This document shows, piece by piece, positions 27,192 to 37,698 of a stretch of 64,000 bases of DNA. Both the position numbers and the translations under genes were made by a program. The notes beneath the pieces are model-generated. The model saw only the letters and a list, made by a program, of their open reading frames with translations. It searched no databases and was not told where the DNA came from. The DNA is taken from the NCBI RefSeq assembly GCF_006345805.1, contig NC_043005.1:77314001-77378000 (forward strand). Reading direction: 5' to 3'. Position 1 is the first letter of the stretch; every line of letters begins with the position of its first letter. Source of the stretch: Octopus sinensis (taxonomy: Eukaryota).

Positions 27192-27559
27192 GAATTGGGG
27201 TAAATGTTTTTAAATTTTCACCTAATTTCTGAATTACTACTACTTGGCGGTGTGAGTTATGGCTGCTCTTTCTGGTGGACGAATGACCTGTTAGGGTCAC
27301 TCCTAAATTGTTATATATATATATTTAGTCGTTGACTATTTTCTCTTTTCCACCAGGCCGCTGGTAGCGATAAATTCTATTGAATTTTTTTGCTACCCTA
27401 AATTGACTAATTGATAATTTTCTGAATAATTCTGAGATTGAATCGGCAGTTTATATTTACTGCTGATAAGTTTGGCGCGAATACGTCAGTCTTGAAAATT
27501 TTAAGACTATATTCCGTAGGCATCGATACAGACGCCTCGTGTATATTTGTCTCTCCCAG

Positions 27560-27663
27560 GTTTTTTACTGATGAAGTGTAACCTATGGTAGATTGGCTTA
27601 ATTTAATTTAATTAAGCTAATTTAATCATTAATGACACAGAAACGTTGCAACGTCTAAAAGAT
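27560..27663 (+). ncRNA. Type I hammerhead ribozyme motif, copy 2
   Basis: Identical to copy 1 at +472: CUGAUGA 27568-74, GAAA 27640-43, GUC 27653-55. Confidence 0.8.
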
Positions 27664-27782
27664 GAATTGGGGTAAATGTTTTTAAATTTTCACCTAATTT
27701 CTGAATTACTACTACTTGGCGGTGTGAGTTATGGCTGCTCTTTCTGGTGGACGAATGACCTGTTAGGGTCACTCCTAAATTG

Positions 27783-27815
<33 letters not shown>

Positions 27816-27820
<5 letters not shown>

Positions 27821-28219
27821 GAAGGTTTGAAAATGCAATTTTAAAGATGTTTATTCACTTGACCGGTTTCACTTTTTGGGGAAAAAGATTATCAGAAATA
27901 AAATAAATAGCTTTGTTGTGTTAATTACTGGTTATTACAAAAGTATTAAAATACATATATACATTCTTTGATAATAAAAAGAAAATGTTAAAAACAGTTT
28001 ACAAGAAGGCATTTAAGAAATTAATCAGAACGGGACTTCAAACAGTATTTTGAATTCATTAAAAATCATGTTTCTTTGGTAGTATATATATACAGAAGGA
28101 TATATATTTAAGAATTCACAAAAAATTGTAGAGGAATAATTGACCTCTCTTCCTGACTCTTTGTCTTGTATGTAGCTAAGTGAATGAACATCTTTAAAAT
28201 TGCATTTTCAAACCTTTCA
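27816..28219. mobile_element. MITE with ~45-bp TIRs and TA flanks (Tc1/mariner-type non-autonomous)
   Basis: tgaaagaaggtttgaaaatgcaattttaaagatgtttattcactt vs reverse complement of the right end tgaaaggtttgaaaatgcaattttaaagatgttcattcactt; TA on both sides; no ORF. Confidence 0.85.
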
Positions 28220-28498
28220 TATATATTTTTACTCATGCAGTACCTTACAACTTTCCTTTGTTATATATATATAGCGAGAAGTTGAGGTTATAAGAGATAA
28301 TGGTGTCATTGAGACCCAATTGTGAGGTAATGCTGAATAAGCGCTATAGACAGACCATAGTTATGTTCCTGATTCGGTAATATTGCGAATAAAGGGTTCA
28401 ACGTTGGTTCTATGTCAGCGTGCGTATATAAGAATTTTTTGCATAATAAGATAAAACAACGAAGGCTGTGTAGATATTAGAGCATTTATAGGTAGAAG

Positions 28499-28550
28499 GT
28501 CTTACAGCTGTTTCTAGTATATTTATTAATTATATCCCTTCATCGGAGAC
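28499..28550 (-). ncRNA. Minimal hammerhead-like motif with mutated core (U4C), probably a Penelope-like terminal remnant
   Basis: Minus: gtct-CCGATGA-a-gggatata..tatact-a-GAAA-CAGCTG-TA-agac; stem I gtct/agac; palindromic ACAGCTGT stem III; GUA site. Confidence 0.6.
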
Positions 28551-28799
28551 GGTGTGAGAAGATGGTTAAGTCATAGTTAGTTTAGATGTGATACAAAATA
28601 GAGAGTGAGGTGGAGGAAAGAAAATAGATGCAACATATGTATGGATATTGAAGTTGTAAATCCACTTTTTAGGCATAATGGTATATATGCAATATTCCAA
28701 TAAATACATAATACATACATCATATGTATATATTTCTGTGTCTATATGATGTGACGCCACCATGAGCGTTCCATCAATTGCATGATATGTAGAATATAC

Positions 28800-29150
28800 C
28801 GCCAGCATCGCCCAAACCACCTTAACATTACATACAGAATTCATATAAGGCTGGGGTCACGTGCTATGTGCCCCTACGTAATTCAGACTTTCACATTTTC
28901 TTTTCCTCAACAGGAAAACAAATCAAAGAAGAAAATGATGCCATCACCTTGAAACGTATCCTAGACCAATTTCTTCAAGAGATACCAAATAAGCGTCCAG
29001 TACTTGAAAATACTATATATCAGTCAACAACAATTCCGTACAAGAATGGGCTATGATACCACAAAACTTGACTTTTAAATGATCCTATCAAGTGATACTA
29101 TTAAGTTAGACATGGTCTTGATCAATCTTTGTCCAAAACATATCTACGTT
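28800..29150 (+). mobile_element. 3' end of the same CR1/L2-group LINE as 7893-9424
   Basis: IKEENDAITLKRILDQFLQEIPNK; 3' UTR gatcctatcaagtgatactattaagttagacatggtcttgatcaatcttt aligns with 9355-9410. Confidence 0.8.
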
Positions 29151-29178
29151 ATCCAGAATATGTGTGTTTGTATATGTG

Positions 29179-29211
<33 letters not shown>

Positions 29212-29584
29212 ATATGTATATGTATATATATATATGTGTGTGTGTGTGTGTATACACGTAACCTAGATAATTTTTCGGTTTTCTCTTTTCTTCTTTTCAT
29301 CTTTTTTCTTTTTTTCACACATGCTGTTGTATTTACTTTTTGTATTCATTTATTATTTTTAGCATTTTTTTCTATCTTTCATCTTCTATTTTTACTTTTA
29401 TTTGTATACTTGTAAGAAAAATCTTTTGCTATATAAACAACCTTCTAAACCACAGAATTCCAGTTTCAAAATGGCTGTCGGAAAGCTCGAAACTCATTAG
29501 AGTAACTGTAAACGTTATCGTTAAAATAAAAATTATCTCCGCAAAAGCCATCTCCACTCATTTTTCAAACACACACATATATAT

Positions 29585-29667
<83 letters not shown>

Positions 29668-30479
29668 TATGCATGTGTATGTGCGTGTGAGTGTATCAAC
29701 ATTTGATATTAAATACATTCAAATATTTTTTTAATTTCAATAAATTTTAATTTAATTGCATTCACTTTTTGCTTTGGCTCATTTTAAAACATTGAAACAT
29801 ATATCTGTCACTTCTTCACTTGCTTCACTACTTAAGGAAGTAAAGATTATGTTTACCCAATAATCAAACCACTTTTACGAGAAATAGGAACAGAAGCAGC
29901 CGCCACACTGACTCCAAAAGTCATTATGCCGATCATGCCGTTTGGAACTCATAGATAAGTCGTGATAAATCTACTGGAGAATAAATAATGTATGTGTATC
30001 GAGTTAGCTTTTAGGGGCATTCAAAAACTAGAATACAAGGAACAACTAGAGAAAAGGTTTGAAACGGAATATCGCATTATATCTCGAGTCGCGTGAAAGT
30101 AAGATAGAATGCTTGTTATTACTTCGTAACTTGGCTACCCAATCAGCAACCGACTTTCTACGAGAAATAAAAATGTAACAGACGCCATTATGTGGAGATA
30201 TTAAGAAGAAAACGCGTGACGTTGGTCGTAGCTTATTGAATGAAGATACAAGGTGACGTAATCCTACACGCGAATTCTATATAAGTGTGCATCCAGCTTG
30301 GCTTTATGGGTTATATACGTTAATGAACACCAGAGGGCAGGAGTAAATGCTGGGAACATAATAATTTCCATAGCATCAGTTAACAGCATATTCTTTACCG
30401 AAAGAAGAAATATGAATGAATAAAATCAAACTTCATTGCTCTCTACCTACCTATCTATATATCTATCTATCTATCATAT

Positions 30480-30890
30480 TTGTTTATTGCGTACAAGGGG
30501 TTAAACATAGAGGGGACAAACGAGGACAGACAAAGGGATTATGTCGATTACATCGACCCCAGTGCGTAAGTGGTACTTAATTTATCGACCCCGAAAGGAT
30601 GAAAGGCAAAGTCGACCTCAGTTGAATTTGAACTCAGAACGTAAAGACAGATGAAATTCCTATTTCTTTACTACCCACAAGGGGCTAAACACAGAGAGGA
30701 CAAACAAGGACAGGCAAACGGATTAAATCGATTATATCGACCCCAGTGCGTAACTGCTACTTATTTAATCGACCCCGAAAGGATGAAAGGCAAAGTCGAC
30801 CTCGGCGGAATTTGAACTTACAACGTAACGCAGACGAAATACCGCAAAGCATTTCGCCCAGCGTGCTAACGTTTCTGCCAGCTCACCGCC
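30480..30890 (-). mobile_element. Family A SINE dimer (one head plus two bodies)
   Basis: Head at 30890; tail-to-body junction aaagaaata|ggaatttcatctg at 30660/30661. Confidence 0.9.
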
Positions 30891-31539
30891 TTTCTATCTG
30901 TCTCTCTGTCTGCCTGCCTGTATGTTTGTCTGTCTTTCTGTCTGTCACATTTTCTTTCTGTTCGTAAAAAAATGCATAATTCTACATTTTTGTATTTTTC
31001 TTCCATTCTTTCTCTCTCTCTCTCTCGCTCCCGTTCCCACACTCTCGCTCTCTCTCTCTCACTCTTTCTCTCTTTCTATCTGTCTCTCTCTCTAGTTGTC
31101 TCTCGCGCTCTTCTCGTCTTATTCAGAATATAATTTATAGTTTGATCATGTCACTTGTAAATAGTTTAATGAATTTACTGTTTATGTGTTTATGCTAATG
31201 CTGAACAAACATGCACAATATATATTTACAGATACGAACAGAGAACAAACACAGAACATCAAATAAATTCAAATGCAATTGTACAAAGTATGTTTTGAAT
31301 CGCTTAAAAAAATTGTTTGCCATATTTACTTTCATCACACACATAAGAAAGTGACCACCCAATCATACAAGCATACAGCCATCTACATATAGAATTTCTT
31401 TCTCTCTCTCTCTCTCTTCCTCTCCTCTTTCTGTCCTCTCTCTCTCCCTCTCTTTCTCTCTCTCCTCCCTCTCTTTCTCTCTCTCTATATATATACATAT
31501 ATGTATGTATATATATATATTATATATATATATATATAT

Positions 31540-31925
31540 ATCAACGTGGCATTCCGTCGGTTACGACGACGAGGGTTCCAGTTGATCCGATCAACAGAAC
31601 AGCCTGCTTGTGAAATTAACATGCAAGTGGCTGTGCACTCCACAGACACGTGTACCCTTAACATAGTTCTCAGAGAGATTCAACGTGACACAGAATGTGA
31701 CAAGGCTGGGCCTTTGAAATACAGGTACAACAGAAACAAGAAAAAAGGGTGAGAGAAAGTTATGGTAAAAGAGTACAGCAGGGTTCGCCACCCTCACTCC
31801 CTGCTGGAGCCTCGTGGGACTTTAGGTATTTTCGGTCAATAAACACTCACAACGCCCGGTCTGGGAACCGAAACCGCGATCCTTAAACCGCGAGTCTGCT
31901 GCCCTAACCAGTCGGCCATTGCACC
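31540..31925. mobile_element. Dispersed-repeat tail (+, 31540-31740) abutting a family C SINE 5' part (minus, 31755-31925)
   Basis: gagggttccagttgatccgatcaac..gaaatacaggtacaac (recalled as a common octopus repeat); minus head gtggtgcaatggccgactggttagggcagcagactcgcgg. Confidence 0.7.
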
Positions 31926-32714
31926 ACACACACACACACACACCACACACACACACACAAACAAACAAACACACACACATATAAATCCAAGGAAATACTG
32001 GTTCAATACGTAGTATTGCTGAGGAATGTCCTTGATACCTTAAGCACGTGCTTATTTTGATAAATGGCTAATCTATCACTGTTACATTCATATATGCATG
32101 TTTATATGTACAGACCTATACACATATATACACACACATACACACACGTGTATGTATATATATATATATATGTATATATGCATGTATGAATGTATATATG
32201 TATGTCTGTATGTATGTATGTATGCATGCATGCATGTATGTATGTATGTATGTATGTATGTATGTATGTATGTATGTATGTATGTATACGGATGAATGGA
32301 TGGCTTCTCCGAGTTCGATGTATAGGTTATGTTGAACTCGATTAACTGACTGAGCCAGTCACTTAATAAAATTGTGAAAAAGTTTAATATTCCATAGATA
32401 CGTGGAAGCTGTATGTCATTTTCTAGTCGAATGAGCATAAATTTGTATAAAAGCTAGATTTTTCCTACAGGTACCGTCCATTCAATGGACTCCTCTAGTT
32501 TCCGTTCACACAGGTTCAGTTACAAGAGTTAGTTCGAACTGAGGTTCTGGTAATGGCACTTTGCTCATTGTGCCACCCAATGGTAATGGCACTTTGCCCA
32601 CTATGCCAACTGGTGGTTGTGAAGAGAAAAGTCTTAACACGACGGCCATATTTGCATCGATATATGTTTCGGAGGGAGAAGTAATTAGCATTAAAATCAA
32701 CCATTTTACAGGGA

Positions 32715-33030
32715 GCTAGCGGATGGCAAGTGTGAACAAAGTTGTACAGAAATAACGCGTCGAGAATGCGCGTAAAGCCTCACTGAAGAGCTTTGAGATC
32801 AGCTCCGATTCATGAGAAATGCAATCACAAGACGGCTCTGCCTGGCGAAGCTACACCAACAGAAGTACCACCTCTTTGCCTTCAATCTCCAGAAGACCAA
32901 CAGAATCCGATCCTGCGGCAGAGGCTTTCGAGCACACATCGGACTGACTGGCAACAACCGAACATACTGTGCCCCGCCTTCTTCTCCCATGTGATGTTCT
33001 TTTTCATCGACGACGATGTCGGATTACGTA
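32715..33030 (+). mobile_element. RTE-clade LINE 3' end
   Basis: ..KASLKSFEISSDS*EMQSQDGSAWRS.. and CGRGFRAHIGLTGNNRT (cf. RTE C-terminal C..CGR.FRARIGL..H.RTH), then an atcgacgacgatg tail. Confidence 0.8.
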
Positions 33031-33414
33031 AACTGTTCCAAATATTCGTCTCCTTAGATTTATTCAGAATTACAGCGCGATTTTTTCTCTGCTTTACCCA
33101 GAAAGATACCTTATAAATGTTGGGTAACTTATTGTTCAGAATATAGAATTAAAAAGAAAATGTTTTACTATACAAGATAAACACGTAATCGAAGTTAAAA
33201 GGAAAAAAAAAAGAATTAATATTTGGTAAACAAATAACTAACTGATACGTGTAAGCAAAGACGCTTGTATGAATCTTTTACATAATAGCATTATAGATTC
33301 CAACGGCAAATTAAATCAACATATACAATGAAATGTATAAACGGATTCACAACACATTACTGCATCACATAGCATCAAATAAAAAAATAAATATCACTAT
33401 AAAATCATACTTAC

Positions 33415-33537
33415 TCCCACTGAAGGTCTAGAAGAAGCATTTCGATATCTTGCCAAAATTAAACATGATTTCTCTGAGAAAAATGTCTTATGTATGTTTC
33501 GAAAAACGGTCTTAGAATAAATGTTGAAGTAAACAGC
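33415..33537 (-). other. Candidate 123-bp exon (alternative acceptor at 33473)
   Basis: Open frame AVYFNIYSKTVFRNIHKTFFSEKSCLILARYRNASSRPSVG ends exactly at a consensus donor GGA|gtaagt; acceptors tgcgtag| or catttttctcag|. Confidence 0.25.
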
Positions 33538-33686
33538 CTACGCAGTTGAATCTACAAAATAATATTTCATTAAGTAAAATATGGCCTCAGAGTAGAGGAA
33601 AAAATAATTTTTCTTATGAATTTACTTTATTGCTGAAATCTTCATTTCGACTGTCACCTTTCGGTCGACTTTCTTGAATGTTGTTA

Positions 33687-34116
33687 CTTATTTCCTAGTG
33701 TGTCAGCCGTATGCCCGGTCGAGCTAGACAAAATCTTATGCACATAGACGTGTAGATCCACATTAATACTATAAAATGAACTTTCTATTTCTTTCAACCG
33801 GAACGGGCCTGAAAGTTTACATGTTTGAGCTCTACCAAACTAACCCTTTACAAACACTGAAATCGCTCTTTCCTACTGTCTCAAACCAGCAAGCAATCCC
33901 GCTTATTTCCTAGTGTATCAGTTGTATGCCCGGTCGAGCTATACAAAATCGTATACACATAGGCGTGTAGACCCACATTAATACTATAAAATGAACATTC
34001 TATTTATTTCAACTGGAACGGGCCTAATAGTTCACATGTTTCGGCTCTATCAAACTAACCCTTTACAAACACTGAAATCGCTCTTTCCTACTTTCTCAAC
34101 CCAGCAAGCAATCGCG
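33687..34116. repeat. 215-bp tandem duplication, moderately diverged
   Basis: cttatttcctagtgt.tcag..gtatgcccggtcgagcta starts at 33687 and 33902; both units end cagcaagcaatc.cg. Confidence 0.9.
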
Positions 34117-34739
34117 TTAAAACTGAGAAATTACTTGCTGTGCATAATGATCTGCAGGTAGCTATGTGTGATGTTTTCTGTGTTCTGTTGAGATTTTGCA
34201 GATGATTCTATCAACGTTGAAGTAAACCTTACAACAATATATACCAGCTGAACACTGACGTTGATCTAATCGACTTACCCCCACCTCTAAAATTGCAGTC
34301 TTTGTACCAAAATTTGGAACTATTATCTTATCTGTCTCGTGAAAGTCTAGGTTAAGTCTTGCAAAAATGCCCCTGATAAATATTACTATGTCTGTGTTTG
34401 ACTATAGTTAAGGCTCGATTGATAGAAATAATTTCTTTTTTTTAGAGTACGGAAAAGTGAGTGTGAGGCGCTTACTTCTAACATGTGAGCCTCAATGTAA
34501 TAGTTTGATTTGCTAGAAAAGCCGTCAGGTTACCCTCAAATCGTACTCTATTGCATTGAAAAAAACACTAAGAAGATATTGGATAGTGATTGTAGTCGAG
34601 CTTTGATTTGCTAGAAAAAGCAATCAAATATCCTTCAAATCACATTCTACGACACAAATAATAAAACACTGTGATATAGCATGAAAAGATCCTTGCGATA
34701 GTCAAAGTTACCGAAACTTTATTCATAGTTATTCCCAGT

Positions 34740-34899
34740 ATGTGTGTGGTAAGTAGCTTGCTTACCAACCACATGGTTCCGGGTTCATTTCCTCTCCGTG
34801 GCACCTTGGGCAAGTGTCTTCTACTATAGTCTCGGGCGGATCAAAGCCTTGTGAATGGAGTTGGTAGATGGAAACTGAAAGAAACCTGTCGTATATATT

Positions 34900-34955
<56 letters not shown>

Positions 34956-35197
34956 TGTATTTGTGTGTCTGTGTTGTCCCCCAACATCGCTTGACAACCG
35001 ATGCTGGTGTATTTACGTCCCCGTAACTTAGCAGTTCGGCAAAAGAGACCGACAGAATAAGTACTAGGCTTACAAATGATAAGCTCTGGGGTCGATTTGC
35101 TCGACTAATGGTGGTATGGCCGCCATTATGGCCGCACTCAAATGACTCCAGCATGGCCGCAGTCAAGTGACTGAAAAAAGTAAAAAAGTAAAAGAGT
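34740..35197 (+). mobile_element. Near full-length family B SINE
   Basis: tgtggtaagtagcttgcttaccaaccacatggttccgggttca..gcaccttgggcaagtgtcttc..(TG)n..gccgcagtcaagtgactgaaa. Confidence 0.92.
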
Positions 35198-35294
35198 AAA
35201 CGCTAATTACTGAAGACTTAGGACATCATAACATCAACAACCAGTAACATCTCATGCCTATCCTCCTAAAAATATGTAGTACCAATATAAGTTG

Positions 35295-35295
35295 T

Positions 35296-35351
<56 letters not shown>

Positions 35352-35393
35352 CAGCAGCAGTAGTAGTAGTTGTAGTACCAACATAAGTTGTAA

Positions 35394-35455
<62 letters not shown>

Positions 35456-35569
35456 TTGTAGTAATAGTAGTAGTAGTAGTAGTAGTAGTTAGTAGTAGCT
35501 GTAGTAGTAGTAGTAGCTGTAGTAGTAGTAGTAGTAATAGTTGTAGTTATATAGTACAACATAAATTGG

Positions 35570-35631
<62 letters not shown>

Positions 35632-35650
35632 CAGTAGTAGTAGTAGCTGG
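35295..35650. repeat. (AGT)n/(AGC)n tract with internal duplication
   Basis: Direct reading; gtacca..ataagttgta.cagcagc is repeated. Confidence 0.9.
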
Positions 35651-35865
35651 ATAACGCGGCTCGGCCCAACTTATATTAGTGCTTAAGGAACGCCCAGATT
35701 GAAAAATAAAGAAGCGAAACCCAAATAACAGAATATGTTATGTAAAACTTCGAACAAACAAAATTAAACAATCGATCTATCTATATAAATACATTTATTT
35801 ATTCTGTCATTCTCTAGTCACAGCCATCTACTATCATTACTGAATTTAACTAAAAGTATACTATT

Positions 35866-35905
<40 letters not shown>

Positions 35906-36181
35906 TATATGTTTATATAATGTTATCAAAACAACGCCAGTCAGAAATTAACGCTTACACCACAGTGAAAAACAGGTGAGTAGATATAGATATACGGTAA
36001 CAAATTCTTTTCATTCATTGACTGCTTGCTGGTACATGATATCGCACTGCAGATTGTGCAGTGTTTCTTGTTAATTTATGCCAATCAATACCATTGCACC
36101 ATTCAATACGACTTGCAATGTAACTATAAATATTTTCTTTCTGTCTGCACCTTGATTGTTCCAGTATTGTAAAGTAGTTTG

Positions 36182-36269
<88 letters not shown>

Positions 36270-36439
36270 ACGCAAGAAGAAGAAGAAACGATCCACATCA
36301 TAATAGCTATGGTTATGAAAAAACATCCAGACAAACGCACGATAAAAAAAAACTAAGATTTTCTATTTGACCTACAGAAAACAGCGTTCTTAAGACGTTG
36401 CATATATATCCTACTTAGAGCATATTCAATACCCTATAA

Positions 36440-36530
36440 TTAAAAATACTGAAACCCACAATGAGTACCCAAGGCCCACAGTGCTGCGCTCGGTTGTGCA
36501 GTGAAAGCACATAATGAAATAAGACTACTG
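36440..36530 (+). mobile_element. R4/Dong-like 3' UTR end followed by (AAT)n
   Basis: aaggcccacagtgctgcgctcggttgtgcagtgaaagcac..actactg-aataat matches the end of the 10497-10710 copy. Confidence 0.8.
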
Positions 36531-36700
36531 AATAATAATAATAATAATATAATAATAATAATAATAATAATATAATAATATAATAATAATAATAATAATA
36601 ATAACAACAACAACAACAACAAAACAGCAACAACAACAACAACAACAACAACAGTAACAACAACAACAACAACATCAATAATGATAATAATAATAATAAT

Positions 36701-37242
36701 GCCCTTATGCAGTACCAGGCAGTGGCTCTTGTGGCTTCTGATCTTAACTGAGTGGAAGTGTTATCATGTATATTGTTTTGTCTTGGTATAAAAGATAGGC
36801 TACAGCAAATATTCTGCTCAATACCACAGATTTGCTTGTCAGTTGTTTGACCATAACCAGTTTAGTGGCTGACGATATGTGCATCTCTGATCACGAGCAG
36901 AAGTAGTGTGGGAGCATCATAGCCATGTGTTGAGAGGGATTCTTTGGGGTTTGGATTATTCACCTCTGGAAACATGGGTGCTTCGTTCAACATCCTTAAA
37001 CAACCCTTATTCAGGGATCTTTTGAGCGGGATGAGCTGCTCGACCTGAAGAAAATTCTAACTGGGCCCCACCTGCAAGGTCATGTACTGTTTAACTTGAT
37101 ATGAGATCACCATGTCGCGCACATATGGTTGTGATGCATGTGCCTTGTGTACCCTTATCAGACAGGTAGTCATGATGGGTATCATCGGCTTTGTATATTT
37201 TACCCCAGTGTCACTTGGATGGCATGCAATGCTCTCTCACTC
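36701..37242. mobile_element. 542-bp non-coding element bounded by (AAT)n on both sides
   Basis: Sharp boundaries (aataataat|gccctt ... ctctcactc|aatagtaataat); no transposase or RT ORF; recalled as an abundant octopus repeat. Confidence 0.7.
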
Positions 37243-37243
37243 A

Positions 37244-37313
<70 letters not shown>

Positions 37314-37316
<3 letters not shown>

Positions 37317-37572
37317 CGAAGTAGGGACTTTGAGGATGAATTTTGAGTTCGTTAATGAAAATATTGAAAAGTATGGTAAATCTGCAATGGGAAAAGAATA
37401 TGAAGGTCAAAATACTGACCACTAAAAGCCATTGCCCTGGAAGTAGCTCCTCCGTAGCAAAGAACCTAATGTATATCAAACCCTCACCCATCAGTGGCTG
37501 CAGAGTTGTGGCTTAAAAGCAGAGTGAGGGCCTCATTCTGGCTGCACAAGACCTATGTCTTTCAACCTACAA
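37314..37572 (+). mobile_element. R4/Dong-like internal ORF fragment
   Basis: THQWLQSCGLKA..SEGLILAAQDLCLST (cf. WL..SGLKAETEGLIIAAQDQ.L.TR). Confidence 0.75.
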
Positions 37573-37586
37573 CTTATATATATATA

Positions 37587-37677
<91 letters not shown>

Positions 37678-37698
37678 TATATATATGTAATATATATA

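Larger units (their letters stand above)
26835..27779 (+). repeat. Tandem dimer of a 473/472-bp unit, each unit containing a hammerhead ribozyme (retrozyme or Penelope pLTR-like)
   Basis: ttgttatatatatata starts at 26835, 27308 and 27780. By eye the units differ by one T (taaatttctattg vs taaattctattg). Flanked by (TA)n. Confidence 0.92.
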
